NCBI RefSeq assembly: GCF_902652985.1
Contig: NC_047023.1
Coordinates: forward strand, 11,222,001-11,286,000
Direction: 5' to 3'
Length of the DNA stretch: 64,000 bases
Origin: Pecten maximus
Taxonomy: Eukaryota
A program made the translations under genes and the position numbers. The notes beneath the pieces are model-generated. The model was given only the letters and a program-made list of their open reading frames with translations. It made no database searches and had not been told where the DNA came from. Positions within the stretch are counted from its first letter, which is position 1, and every line of letters begins with the position of its first letter. This document shows, one piece after another, positions 40,901-53,408 of the stretch.

Positions 40901-42494
40901 GGTCAAAGCTCGACAACGTATTGTTTTATGATGATGAAAAGTACAAAGCACTCCCCTTTCTTTAGAACTTCAAAACAGAACTATTACAATATCAGTCATT
41001 GTTTTTTTTTATTTAAAGCTATGCAAAGTACTGTGGAATTACTGGAATCTGACATAAATATATTGAAGAACTAGATGTCGAACACATAAAATACCTTAAT
41101 GGCGTACGTGTTCACTACCTTGCCTGTGATTAATGTACAAAATGTAATGTGCATTGCATTAATCAAAACATTGCATAATTCGATCGATGTTCATATTTTG
41201 GCGAAAACAAAATCGAATTTAATCTGTACTTCGCGCTATGCTAAATTAGCGCGATCATGATTTATCGAAATGCGCTACAAACGATTACCACTAAAAAGGA
41301 TTGCTTCACTAGCGGTCTGAAGTTAGCAGTGGATTTGTTATTTGGGATTCGAATAATCCGTTTTCAGGGAATTCGAATAACAATTCCGCTGTCAGTAACT
41401 AGCGGATTTGGGATTCGGTACTGTATGTTTTCATTGACATTTGTTATTATTGAGATTTTGGTGTCTAGATTCAAATAACGAATCCGCTGCTTGCAATTTA
41501 GTCCGCATGATTTACTTTGCTAGCGATGAAAGTGCTACCGCGAATGTGGTAGGAAGATTATAGTTGAGCTTATATGAATAGATATGGTATTGTTTGGTTT
41601 AGTTGTGAACCTTACTTATAAGTGTTTATATTCATTGACGACCGATACTCTTTACTTCATTTACACATATAAAACCCTCACCCTCACACACACAAAGATA
41701 TATATTTATATAATTATAAATCAACAAAAATATGCTGATCTTATCGCCCAAAAATTCTGCGATCCCAGCAACTTTTTGTTTCCAACGAACGTCGGTATTG
41801 GTAGCTATGCATAATATGATTGTTATCGTTTGATGTTATAAAACTGTACAGCTAACGTTTAAACTGATGACTCGCATTATCTATATTGATGGAGTTTACG
41901 AGAAAATAATCGCTGTTATATCATAAGGTAACTTGCAGTATCGGGCTTGTATTACTCTGTACAGTGCTTGCTGTCGGCTGTGACGTGGCCGATTAAAGAG
42001 GGTGGTTTCAGAAAATATACGTTTCATAAATGTTCGGATGAAACAGCCCATCAAAGTTAGCTATTAGAACTTGGTATAAACCAACGCTTACCGTGTTAAA
42101 AGGTTTCGATTTTTTTCACTCATACTGCTTCGTTAAAAGGATTTCTGCTGTTTGACTATAACTCTAGCGTGGTATCATCATCAATATATATTTATCGGTA
42201 ATTTATTGTGTGGTTGTAAAACCTTTGTAAGTCTATAAGGAATGGCAATGTAATCATCTAATGATGTATAGCGTTACTTGAGATACACGATTATTGTAAC
42301 AATCCACTTACTGTGAGATACCGAGTGACCAAGTTCGATAATAGCAATGTGGGTTCCGTATCTGTACCATATATTGTTAAAGTCTATGACTCGACCTAAT
42401 GGCGAACACACTGGACAGGTCGCGACTACATAGGGGAGAAAGCATAACTATATTATATACCGACGTGCGGTATTAGAAACATACATGTTATTGT

Positions 42495-42660
42495 TCTTGT
42501 TTCGGTTTTGTTTGTATTTATTTGTGTTTAAAAACTTATCAACATTTATGGTCATGTAAGAACGGACTCTCGGCTGCTCCCGCTCGTGCGAGATGCATGT
42601 GTGTTTATGTATGTGTTTTGGGAATCTGCATCTTTTTCCGCAGGTGTGTATGTTTATGCA
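42495..42660 (-). mobile_element. 3' fragment of the same SINE family
   Basis: Reverse complement reads cccaaaacacatac...catctcgcacgagcggg...ccgttcttacatgaccataaatgttgataag...taaacacaaataaatacaaacaaaacc, homologous to the tail at 58225-58285. Confidence 0.6.
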
Positions 42661-44279
42661 ACTTTATAAATTGGAAGTAAGAATGGTTGTTACAAACGTG
42701 GAATACGACTCTTTTTGAAAATACTTGCTATCTGTTTAATATGCCCGCGACAAACCGAAGTAATTAGGGCCAACACGCATTATCATTGTAACTGACTGGA
42801 TGATTTGCCTGTCATCTGAGTTGGTAGTAATGCGTTCAATTCCGTTACTTCATCATAATATGCACATTGACATCGCGTTTTGACCGTTGCTATGATGATG
42901 TAAAGTAACAATAGTAGTAAAAGAATAGAATGCCGAATTACACATTTTAAAGAGGTGTAAGCTGACAGAGTGATCACGTTGGAGGTATTCTGTTCCTTCT
43001 TTTCGCTGACAAGAGTTCCTGGTGGTTTAATGGTCAGTCCGTGGTTCTCGAGTGGAGTAAGTTACAAAGCTTGCAATCCTGATTTACAAAATGTCAATGC
43101 CAGAGGTCACTATGCGTTTTTTTTTGTTTTTTTTGTTTTTCCTTTATTTTTTAGATATTCTTTTATCTAGTTTCATCGATTTTTCATTCTTCGCGCTGTC
43201 ATTCTTTTCAATACACGAATCAAATCCCGCATGATTTTGCATAATAACAATACAGAATTTTATCTCTCACACAACTAAAGTGTATTTCATGGTGCTGTCA
43301 ATATCAAAACAAAATGTCTGAACTTTCTCTTTTTTTAGATCTGTACTTATCGAATATGACCAATCAGTGCTACAGGTAATGTCATACTTCAAAATTTCTA
43401 TCGAAATTTGCAAGACTCCGTTATAGCGGTCGTGAACACGATGACGACCCAGCGCGTTCATTACATATGGGCTGTATTAAAATAGTGCAAAAGGCACGTT
43501 AACCATAACACATAAGTACGTTTTGTAGCTGAATGGAAATAATTGAGTACCGCATGTTGAGTGTCAAAGAAGGGTTGTCTCCGCACTGCTCGTCAGGTCT
43601 ATCCGGCTCTGACTGGAACATGGGGATTCCTATCCACTTGTCTGGTTTTGATCGCAATGTCGAAATCCCAGGAGAGTAGATGCGTTCCCTGTAGTCTGTT
43701 TACGAGCTTGGTATTCCTACGCGACTACGATTGCTAGATAAACTTGTGCATCATATTCGGCTATATCAAATTATTATTGATTCTTCAAATCACGCGTCTA
43801 AAATGCAAGCATATCTGCGTGAAATCGCTAAGACAGTATTTTTTGTTTAAATTCTCATTAAACCGCCATCTACCATCATGGGAATGAACGTTCTGGACGA
43901 TCAAACGAAATTGTTCCCATACTGGAAATCTTTTGAGGATAATGAAGTGGAATTGGGTTGCTGCAATTGTATACTACTGTCAAATCGTATTCAGTGAGAT
44001 TATTTCAAAACTTTTAAACGCTATTAATCAACTCGTAAACTGTCGAAAATTAAGGTTATTTACTCCATGATTCTCACAACATATGGAATTGAAGCTGAAG
44101 TAGGTTTATCGAAGTATTCCAACATGGAATACTGAGGCACATTGATCTCGAATGAGAAGTCGTTTTGTGTAAAGTGAGTCCTGCATCGTGTGATTGTTTG
44201 CATGGAGTTAAATATATTTCCTTTTGCCATTGCATATATACAGTGAATGGGGGCTGGTGGCTAGTGAGACAAAAATTCA

Positions 44280-44680
44280 CGATCTAGGGAGACACAAAGA
44301 CGGTCTATGGTGACACCTGGTCTAGGCAGACACACAAGGTCTATAGTGACACCTGGTCTAGGGAGACACACAAGGTCTAGGAATACATATACAATGTCTA
44401 GGAACACACACACGGCCAAGGAACACATAAGCAGGATCTAGGAACACACACACACACACACATGGTCTTGGAACACACAAACATGGTCGAGGAACACATA
44501 CACATGGTCTAGGGAGACGCACACACAGTCTAGGGAGACATGTAGTTTTGTGGGACATGCGCAGTTTAGGGAGACACGCGGTCTACGGAGACCCACACAC
44601 AGTCTAGAGAAACATGCGGTCTAGTTGGACACACACGCAGTCTAGGTACACATATACAACGATCTAGGGACACACATAGT
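44280..44680. repeat. Degenerate ~18-22-bp minisatellite (GGTCTAGGGAGACACACA)
   Basis: Repeated gtctagg(g/a)a(g)acac units with variable CA tracts; a ~36-bp dimer is repeated at the left end. Confidence 0.9.
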
Positions 44681-47139
44681 CAATGAAAGCACACACACTG
44701 AACAACGGAACGTTAAATAATAGATGTCATGATGTTCTAAATGTGACAGCTGATTGATTTCCCGTTCTTTCAAATATACCTTTACCAATTGTAAAACAGT
44801 TAATTTTATTCCTTTTTGTGAGTGTTTTGTTTCGAAGTGATAAGAGCGAGGCGAGAATCAACATCGTTTGGATATAAAGACAAAATGCGAGTGTAAATAC
44901 ATAAAGTATGATGTCCATGGCACTGTATCACACAATCTTAGTTGGTGACGAAACTGTGTCATAAACGATACTGTCGGGAGTAAACTACCACAGCTCGATA
45001 ATGACTGAAATTATCAAAAAATGTCAGCCGTTCATGACCGAATAACATAAGTAGCCTAATATCAGCTTGCCTAAACACAAAAGTAAAGCATTGCTGCACA
45101 ACTAAATGAACATGAGGAAATACCTGGCAAAGATTGGTGTCGGCACGGATTTAGTGCTGACCTAATAAATATGTTCTGACATACATGCATCGCCACCTTT
45201 ATATGCATCATTAAATTATAAAGTATTTGTTAACATAAACCAACTTATTTCGCCACAAATCAATTATCCATTCTATCCGTGCATTTTACCAGTTTTTGCT
45301 ATCGTTTCGGTTCGAGATTGATTTTTACTTGTGTAAGAGACCAATGATGAGGACTCCACAAAGGTATAGAAGTTTGATTTCGTGTTCTCAATGTGTGGAC
45401 GAAAAGCAACCATAATATATTCGCTGCACCCAATAAAACATTCGTTCATTTTATATATATATATATATTTCCTTTCTTTTTATTTCTATCATAAGTGTCT
45501 GTCATAACGACTTACTATATTCATCATTTTGCCTTTTTTAAAGCTTTATAGTGAGGACGCCACAACTGGGTCATAACTGAATTCTGTAGGGATTTTCACG
45601 GTCTGCATTGAACCCGATTTCAGCAGATGACTTTTTATATCGACTTTCGCTAAAATGCGTATATCTCTTTCTAATGATACAACCGTAGCTTTCTGCGTTC
45701 TATTTAAATGTAATTCTCAAAACTTGGAAGAGTAAGGTATTTATCTTTGTATATTTGAATAAGTAGAAATAAACTATTGTGTACATACGCCAGTCAATGC
45801 ACGTACATTTATACGTGTATATATATAAGATATACGCAATGATGCGGTTGCTAAGGGGCAGATATCGAAACTGATAAAATCTTCTCGTGGACGGCAATGG
45901 GTATAGAAGCAATTTTTGTGTTTTTTCAATTGAGTGGAAAAATACTGCTTGTGCCAAAATATTTAAAAAGAAAAGCTGTTTTCTATACTAAACTATCCGT
46001 GTATCCATTGCTATAAATCTACGAGACGTCACTATCGTCCTCCGCTGGTATTAAGCAGATACAATTTTAGAGCAGAGGCCTTCCAAGGGAGCCATTATGG
46101 TGAAGATAGGTCGGGACTGACGCGAGCTATGTATAATAAGTGCTTAGTGTAATGGATAAAACCGAAAACTGGAAAGTCTTCTGATTCCAATCACACATAC
46201 ATGTACAATGTATCTCCGGTACGGGAAGATATGTTGGTAGAGTATGTGACATATACATGTTATAATGTTTATTTATTTATTTATCCCTTATTTTCGTTTT
46301 TTTCTTTTTCTTTTTTTTTTCGAAAATAATCAAACGGATATGTACTTGTACATCGTAGATAAGGGATCAAGGTGATCAAACAATGATTTTGTTTAGCATG
46401 AAATCGTGTTTTAAACAAGTAAAAATAGATAAGATGATATAAATAGAAGATTATATTCATACCAAAACTCATAACCACGTGATGATATTAAGTTTTGCAT
46501 TACCATTGTTTAATTTTACGCGAGTCACGTGATTAGATCATTTACCTATGCGACAGAACAGGCAGAATTTGTGGGAAAAAATATTGAAACCTTTTTGTTC
46601 AAATATTTCATATTTACTTAGTATGATAATAATGTATTTTGATTAAGGTTCTTAAGTTCTTTTCTCATAGAATGAGATTCTCTTAGAGGGTAACGCGTGC
46701 AGCTAATATAAACGCACTTGCTTAATGTATACACTTGTCTCGCTTTACAGTAGCAAAATTGTGTCGGAAAAACAACTTGTTTCTCTATAATTGAATATTT
46801 TCTATCAATGGAACGCCACTTGTACACCGCTGGAGGTCTGAGAACGTGTAATTAAGAAAACTGCAGTCTAAATTGGCAAAAATATAGCCCGATTGACTAG
46901 AACTATTAAATGCACAGATATCTGTATGAAGGAGGAGAAAATGGAGTAGCATTTTGTGGCAATTAATCAAACTATTCCGTGATAAAAACAAGATGTCGGA
47001 AATATAGTTTTTGCGGGACGGACTGTTGTAGAAAATCTCGACGTTAATTGCTCTTATAAGAAGTGCGTAAAGCGTTTAACAAAACTACACCGTTACATTT
47101 AATAGTTTGTTTAGAAGAATACTGAACAAAAAAATCGTG

Positions 47140-47700
47140 TTGTCTTATATAATGTGTGGATAGGGACTAAACAACACAGCCGTTATATTTTATATGATGT
47201 GTTGATAGAGAATAAACAACACAGTCGTTATATATTATATAATGTGTGGATAGAGAATAAACAACACAGCCGTAATATCTTATAAAATGTGTGGATAGAG
47301 ACTAAACAACACAGCCGTAATATCTTGTATAATGTGTTGATAGAGACTAAACAACACAGCCGTAATATCTTGTATAATGTGTTGATATAGAGTAAATAAC
47401 ACAGCCGTAGAATGTGTTGATAGAGACTAAACAACACGGTCATTATGTCTTATATAATGTGTGGATAGAGAATAAACAACACAACCGTAATATCTTGTAT
47501 AATGTGTTGATAGAGACTAAACAACACAACCGTAATATCTTATCTAATTTGTGGTTAGAGACTTAACAACAAAGCCGTAATATCTTATATAATATGTTGA
47601 TAGAGACTAAACAACACACCGTGATATCTTATCTAATTTGTGGTTAGAGACTAAACAACACAGCCTTTATAGTTTATATAATGTGAGGATACAGACTAAT
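47140..47700. repeat. 45-bp minisatellite (TATAATGTGTKGATAGAGACTAAACAACACAGCCGTAATATCTTR), ~12 copies
   Basis: 45-nt period (atagag at 47295 and 47340); one unit has an internal deletion near 47410. Confidence 0.95.
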
Positions 47701-50700
47701 GTATATTCATTGGGTTTGTTCCGTATAATAAAGATTTGAATATATTATTTAAGACATCAGATCGAAACGATTGATATTCGAATAGGGTTCCTATAGAGAC
47801 AGAGAGGGAAAAAGAATTTCGCCTAGTCTTTAATCTACATGATTGTCTGATGTGACTGAATTCACTATTTTTATATGTTCTGCCTTTTCTCTCTGAATAT
47901 GTGTCGCCACAAAGTCTCATGTGATAGCGTTGACATAACTGAACGGGGAAATATCATGAGATTCCATAGAAATAGAGCTTGAGGGAGAATTTCTTTCCCC
48001 GGAAACAAATTTGAAACACGTAACGGACTTCATATATCATGCAATGCAATCGATTTAATATTTTGGGTGGTACGGAATTCCAGAACATAATGCCTATTAA
48101 TAACAGTAGGCTCAATGTTCGTATGCGCCTGATTTCAACATACATCCGGTTTACAGCGTTGTATTAAGTTATGGAATATCTTCATCAATATGCATCGTGA
48201 GCATCCTCTCGCATTTCGCACGTTGTGGTTAGGGTGTGCACATATTATACAGACTTGTGCATTCTAACAAAATTTTACCCCTGCTAGTTCTACATCTAAC
48301 GTTTTAAATTCAATACTTCTAACAGTGATTTCCATTCTAAGGCTTTAATTCTGTATAAAAGGCTATATTTAAATCATATTGCATAATACCATGATTTCTA
48401 TTGGAATCTTTTCAAAATCGTTTTGATTCACTTCTTAATGCAATGGAGAAGTCCAATTGCGATTTGCTAAGTGAGTTATTGACTTATGAAAAGGCCTGTC
48501 GTTTTGATAAATGAACTTCGCATGCCTTCATGGAGACTTCAAAAGAATTGTACTTTAATTGGCTTCCAGGAAGTTCAGCCTGCTCTGCTTCATTTCCTTC
48601 TAGGTTCCCCCTATCATGCATAGCACTCCGTTAATCAGCGTTATTAAGTGGCTTCAACATACAAGACACCGAATCAACGAAATTACATCAAATCATCGCA
48701 AACTCTTCAATAGAAAAAAAAAGCCGATGCAAATGTGAGCGTTGTCGTCACGGGTAATGCTGAGGGATGATAGCGTCCTTCATACACGCTACTAGCAAAT
48801 CATGTCTGAGAAGCAACAATAAGTGTTCATAGAAAGAAACATGATTTTAGGTGGAAAAACTCATAATCGATTAAATTTCCGCAGTTTGACAGGACACTCA
48901 ATTTCGAGCATCGCCATCCGGTGCACTTGGTTTCAACAAATTATTTTTGTTTGATTCATGATGTTTTAATTTTTGTGAGAAAAAAAAAGAAAAAAAAAAG
49001 AAAAACAAAAAACAGAGGGTAGTAGCAAGTATTTGACTCTAGAGCTTTTCGGTCACAAATTCACGATTAGCGAAACTTTATCGCTCTTCCAAATACTGAG
49101 AATTTCTTAATTATTATCGGTTGCCTGCTGGCATTACAGTTGATGTGTGCAAACCAATATTATTCATAATTTTGAAAGCAAATAGATTTTATCATAAGAA
49201 GCGAAATCATTGAAAAAATGAAGAAATGTGAGAACAATTTGTTATTCGTGTAGATATGAAGCTTTTTATTCCTGTCTGTTCACTAATTGCCCAGGATATT
49301 TGCCCAGCTACATCACTGCAGATTGATAGTGGGATGCGTTTAAATCCCTGACCATTGATATCCATCTCGGACTGATTGGTGTCCATGGAAATTGCTCCGG
49401 AAGTAACGGAAACCAATCATTGGATTTACTAGTTGATTGTAATGAAAACATCTTCTTTTATTACCCGTATCCTACATTTCACTTTGTATCAGGGATTTGA
49501 ATATCTCCACAGCGCCAAGACTGGAAATGCGTTTATCAGAGCAATGACTGGGCTGCCTAATGCGTTTGTAAGAAATCCCATATCTAATGACAATTGTACC
49601 GTACGGCACTTTAAAGGGAACTTGTTTTTGGCGGTTTCAATGGGTAGTTTTGATATCCTGATCACAGATCGCCAACAAGATTAATCAGGGACCATCTAGA
49701 ATTGTAGACTTGTTCGTTCAAACACATTCAAGCATCTGTCGCACGATCGGTCAAACGTCTCTTTAACACTGGATCTTTCTGAAATGTTTGTTGATGACCC
49801 CGTGGACTCTGATTCCAGTCCGAGTTTTGAATCGCTTGCCATTCACACTCCGATGTAAATAATGTGATGCATTGTCCATGTAAACTGTTCTCCACACTAC
49901 AATTTGCAGTAATTCCAAACACGACACTCCAGTTCCGGAGGTGCTGATGGTCAATCGATCGGTTGACGTTCGTATTGTAAACAAATGAACCATGGCATAA
50001 ATAGCGGAAACTGTTAGTTTTCTATAAAATATGGCTACCTGTTGTGTTACTTGAATGTGAGCTTAATCCATGAAACACGTGATTTTATGAAACGGATATA
50101 TGGGAATGTAATTGAAATTATCTCCGTGACGATCTCATGGATTCTTCGTTTGTAATATAGAAATGAAATGAATCTGATGCCATCATATTATTCCGTATGG
50201 CGTCCTACTGAGTAAGAATACATGTCGATGGCGTATGGGGTATTTAATGATTTTGGTCAGAGATGTTTGCGAGTCTATCATAAAATATACAGTCTAATAT
50301 TCTGACTGAATTGCTGTTACTTTAGCCCCTGATATCGCGAATCAAGGGGAAAATGCACTTTTTTTCACAACTAGGTTATTGTAGCTGGGTCGTAAGGGAC
50401 TACTCTAAATATGACTATCTTAACGCGAGCGAGTGCATATCAGTTTGCTTATCAACAAGCATATAGTTGATGTTTCCAATATTCCTGTTATTCCTTATAT
50501 TCATTAGGAACTGGTGCCCGTCTCCAGTGTAATATGACTACATTAAATACCATGCTAGAGTATTGTTCCGTTGGTGGACACCGTACACAATGTACGAATG
50601 TATGTAACGCCGGATTTACGATGTCATACAACCTTAAACAGATAATTCTAAGTATGAGAATTCCTAATCATCTTGATTACATCTGTACCAATTGTGTTGT

Positions 50701-51757
50701 TAAAATACAAAATAGGTGAATGAGCTCGCATTGATTTGGGAACGGGCATCGGTGCTGTGTTATCATCACATTAAATTCATTTAATATATTCATACAACTG
50801 GAATTTTCATATTTCAAATTTGCAGAGCATACATTTATATATCCTCCTGTCTGTGCTAGACATTCAAGGTACCTCATTAATGCCATATCTGTTTCCTTTA
50901 GATTGGAGTGTGACTATAGTTAATGTAAGTGTACTACTATTAGAGATGAAAGTACGCCTACCAAGTATAAAAAGCCTACTAACATTTTGTCACGGAAACG
51001 CTGTCGTTTATCTTGATCTGAACTGTTTAAACAAAATCTTGTACGGAAAGTGTTTTGTATGAATCTGATATTGATTTGTCATTTATCTGGTTTATTTAAT
51101 ATTTGCATTTCAAAAATATTCCTCGCGTATTTTCTGCTTAGTCATTATCAGATATTACTACAAAGTAAAAATCTATGTACTTGTGTCTTTGTTTTGACAG
51201 AATCTTCGTACCTCCCACAAGTTGTACAACGTATCTTTATACTTTTAGGAATGTGAAATCTAAGTGTTTCTCAGTTCGGATTTGGTGATATATCCTTTTC
51301 AGTATTATAAGTACTTTATTCGTAGGTGTTGTTGTCACAACAGTTAACGTTTAATGAAAAAGGAACATTACCATCGTCGATCAACAGGAAGTGCTGCATG
51401 GATTTATCTTCAGGGTGAGGCATTTCTGTGTGGTACATGCGTACGGGTAAACCACATCCAATTTACTTTAAAACCTCTAGGGGAACAGAGGCGCCATTAC
51501 TAACATTCAGAAAAGGTTCCAAAAAGAGACCATATAATAAATAGAGTGTTCCATATGTTTCCTAACTAGGTCATGATGACCTAACTGACTCTAACGGTGC
51601 CCAAAGACTATAGTACATGTACTTTGTCATAAAAAATGGAGGTTACTTGTTGTTACTACAACAAAATATATATTTGGCATAGAATTGTCATTAGGAAAGA
51701 TGATATACCCTTACCAGAAATGATAGACAAACAAAGCAGGGTTTAAGTGAGTGAAAC

Positions 51758-51915
51758 ACTTACACCGGAAGTAATAAACCGGAAGTACTAAAACAGCGTG
51801 CGCAGGGTCAAGAAAAGCGGAAGCTAGTGCTATTAATTAAGAAAATAAGTGAAAACTTAGAATATTTGATGTTCAAACCTCGCAGTTTCGGCGTGTGGGA
51901 CGCTTGTCGCCACGA
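51758..51915. promoter_or_regulatory. Candidate promoter / non-coding first exon with tandem ETS sites
   Basis: ACCGGAAGT at 51764 and 51778 plus GCGGAAGC at 51817, in a locally CpG-rich patch; a minus-strand GTAAGT donor directly abuts (51763-51758). Confidence 0.3.
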
Positions 51916-53366
51916 TCTTTTATGGTGCCCTGTTGTCAAATGAAAAAACAAATAATAATAAAAATCAGATATATAAATATTCATCATTTATTTAAATGTC
52001 GAAATAAGATAAAGATTGATGTTGAAGTTCATTTTTCCTTTAACGACTTAGTATTGCATCACATAATTGATTTTTCCTTCAATTATAGTAATTGATCTCG
52101 ATTAAAAGATACGTAGCGTTGTTCCATATTTTTGTCCTTTCTTTTTTTTTCTTTTTTTATGAAACAAAAGAACATGTTTTAAAATGCGTTGCAAACTACG
52201 CTATCTTGGTGTCGAATTAACAAATGATGAAACTTAGGCCATGGATAGCTGGTTCAGGATGGGCCCTACACCTTTCACGATGACAGTTGCACCACTATAC
52301 ATTATGCCTGAAAAATACCGGCTTTGATTTATTGGGGTAAAATTTCATACCCACGCGTATATGGTAGTCCCCGAGAGGTAGCTCGTTGAACAATGTTTAA
52401 ATGAAACTGAATGATAGCAACTAAATTATCAGTTTCGGTCGTAGCAACGTACAATGCATTTTGCAGAAATATCTTCTATACTGTAATGTTGGTTTATATT
52501 TGGAACGTAACGATAGCATTGATTAACTCAAAAATACTAAACTGAACTATAAAGCCTAAATGATGATGTTGTCGAGCTAAATCGTCACGGTCATCAAGGC
52601 ATATTTTAAACTTATTATACAATTCTTATATTATGGAAACTTAATTTTGTTTTTAGTTCTGGCAACTTAATTTTGTTTTTAGTTCAACATATTTAATTGA
52701 ACAAACACACAGAAACATTTTACAGTTTACATTTGTATTTGAACGCTGCAATATAAATGGCATTAAATGTCGTACACAGATTATCCTAAATCACAATAAA
52801 TATTTGCAGCAGCAAGCTGAACTGATAAACAATAATATACATATCAATACCATATCGTATATCATACTCAACGTCAAATGATATTGTCATTGTAATAATT
52901 AGAGAACGTGCCATTGTTGCAGTTTCTTGAATAGGACATATGTAAGCATAATGTATATGTACATGGCATATCACAGCAAAAACAAAATCCTGATATTTCA
53001 ACCTTTAATTACGGTACGACATCCCTATCGTTAGCAATCAATCAATAAACATGTATGTTTAACCAGTAACATCTAGTGTAAAGTTCCACAACGACGAGTG
53101 CAAGGTTGAGTTCCGAATGTATTTTGTGTTTTCCGCCATTACTATATGGCTAAAACTGTTTTCCAGGTGGTAAAGAAATTTGGTTATCTAACCAATTTCA
53201 TATTTTCTCTTTTATGTAAAACATTTATGTTATGAATCGCAACAAAAACTAATTTGAACCCATTTTCTTTAAACAAATTGATTTTAGTCCGGGCATTACT
53301 AATTGAATAAAATACGACCATTTAAGCATCATCATTAAAAATAAAAACATTAAGGCGGACACATGA

Positions 53367-53373
53367 TTTTTTT

Positions 53374-53404
<31 letters not shown>

Positions 53405-53408
53405 GGGG
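53367..53408. repeat. T17-G25 adjacent homopolymers
   Basis: Read directly. Confidence 0.95.

Noticed and set aside
19710-47700. Tandem arrays as CRISPR-like loci
   Set aside because: Head-to-tail repeats without unique spacers; eukaryotic context; no cas genes.
53176-53199. TTTGGTTATCTA partial match to miR-9
   Set aside because: The 5' seed end and 3' half do not match; only a short local palindrome, no pre-miRNA stem.
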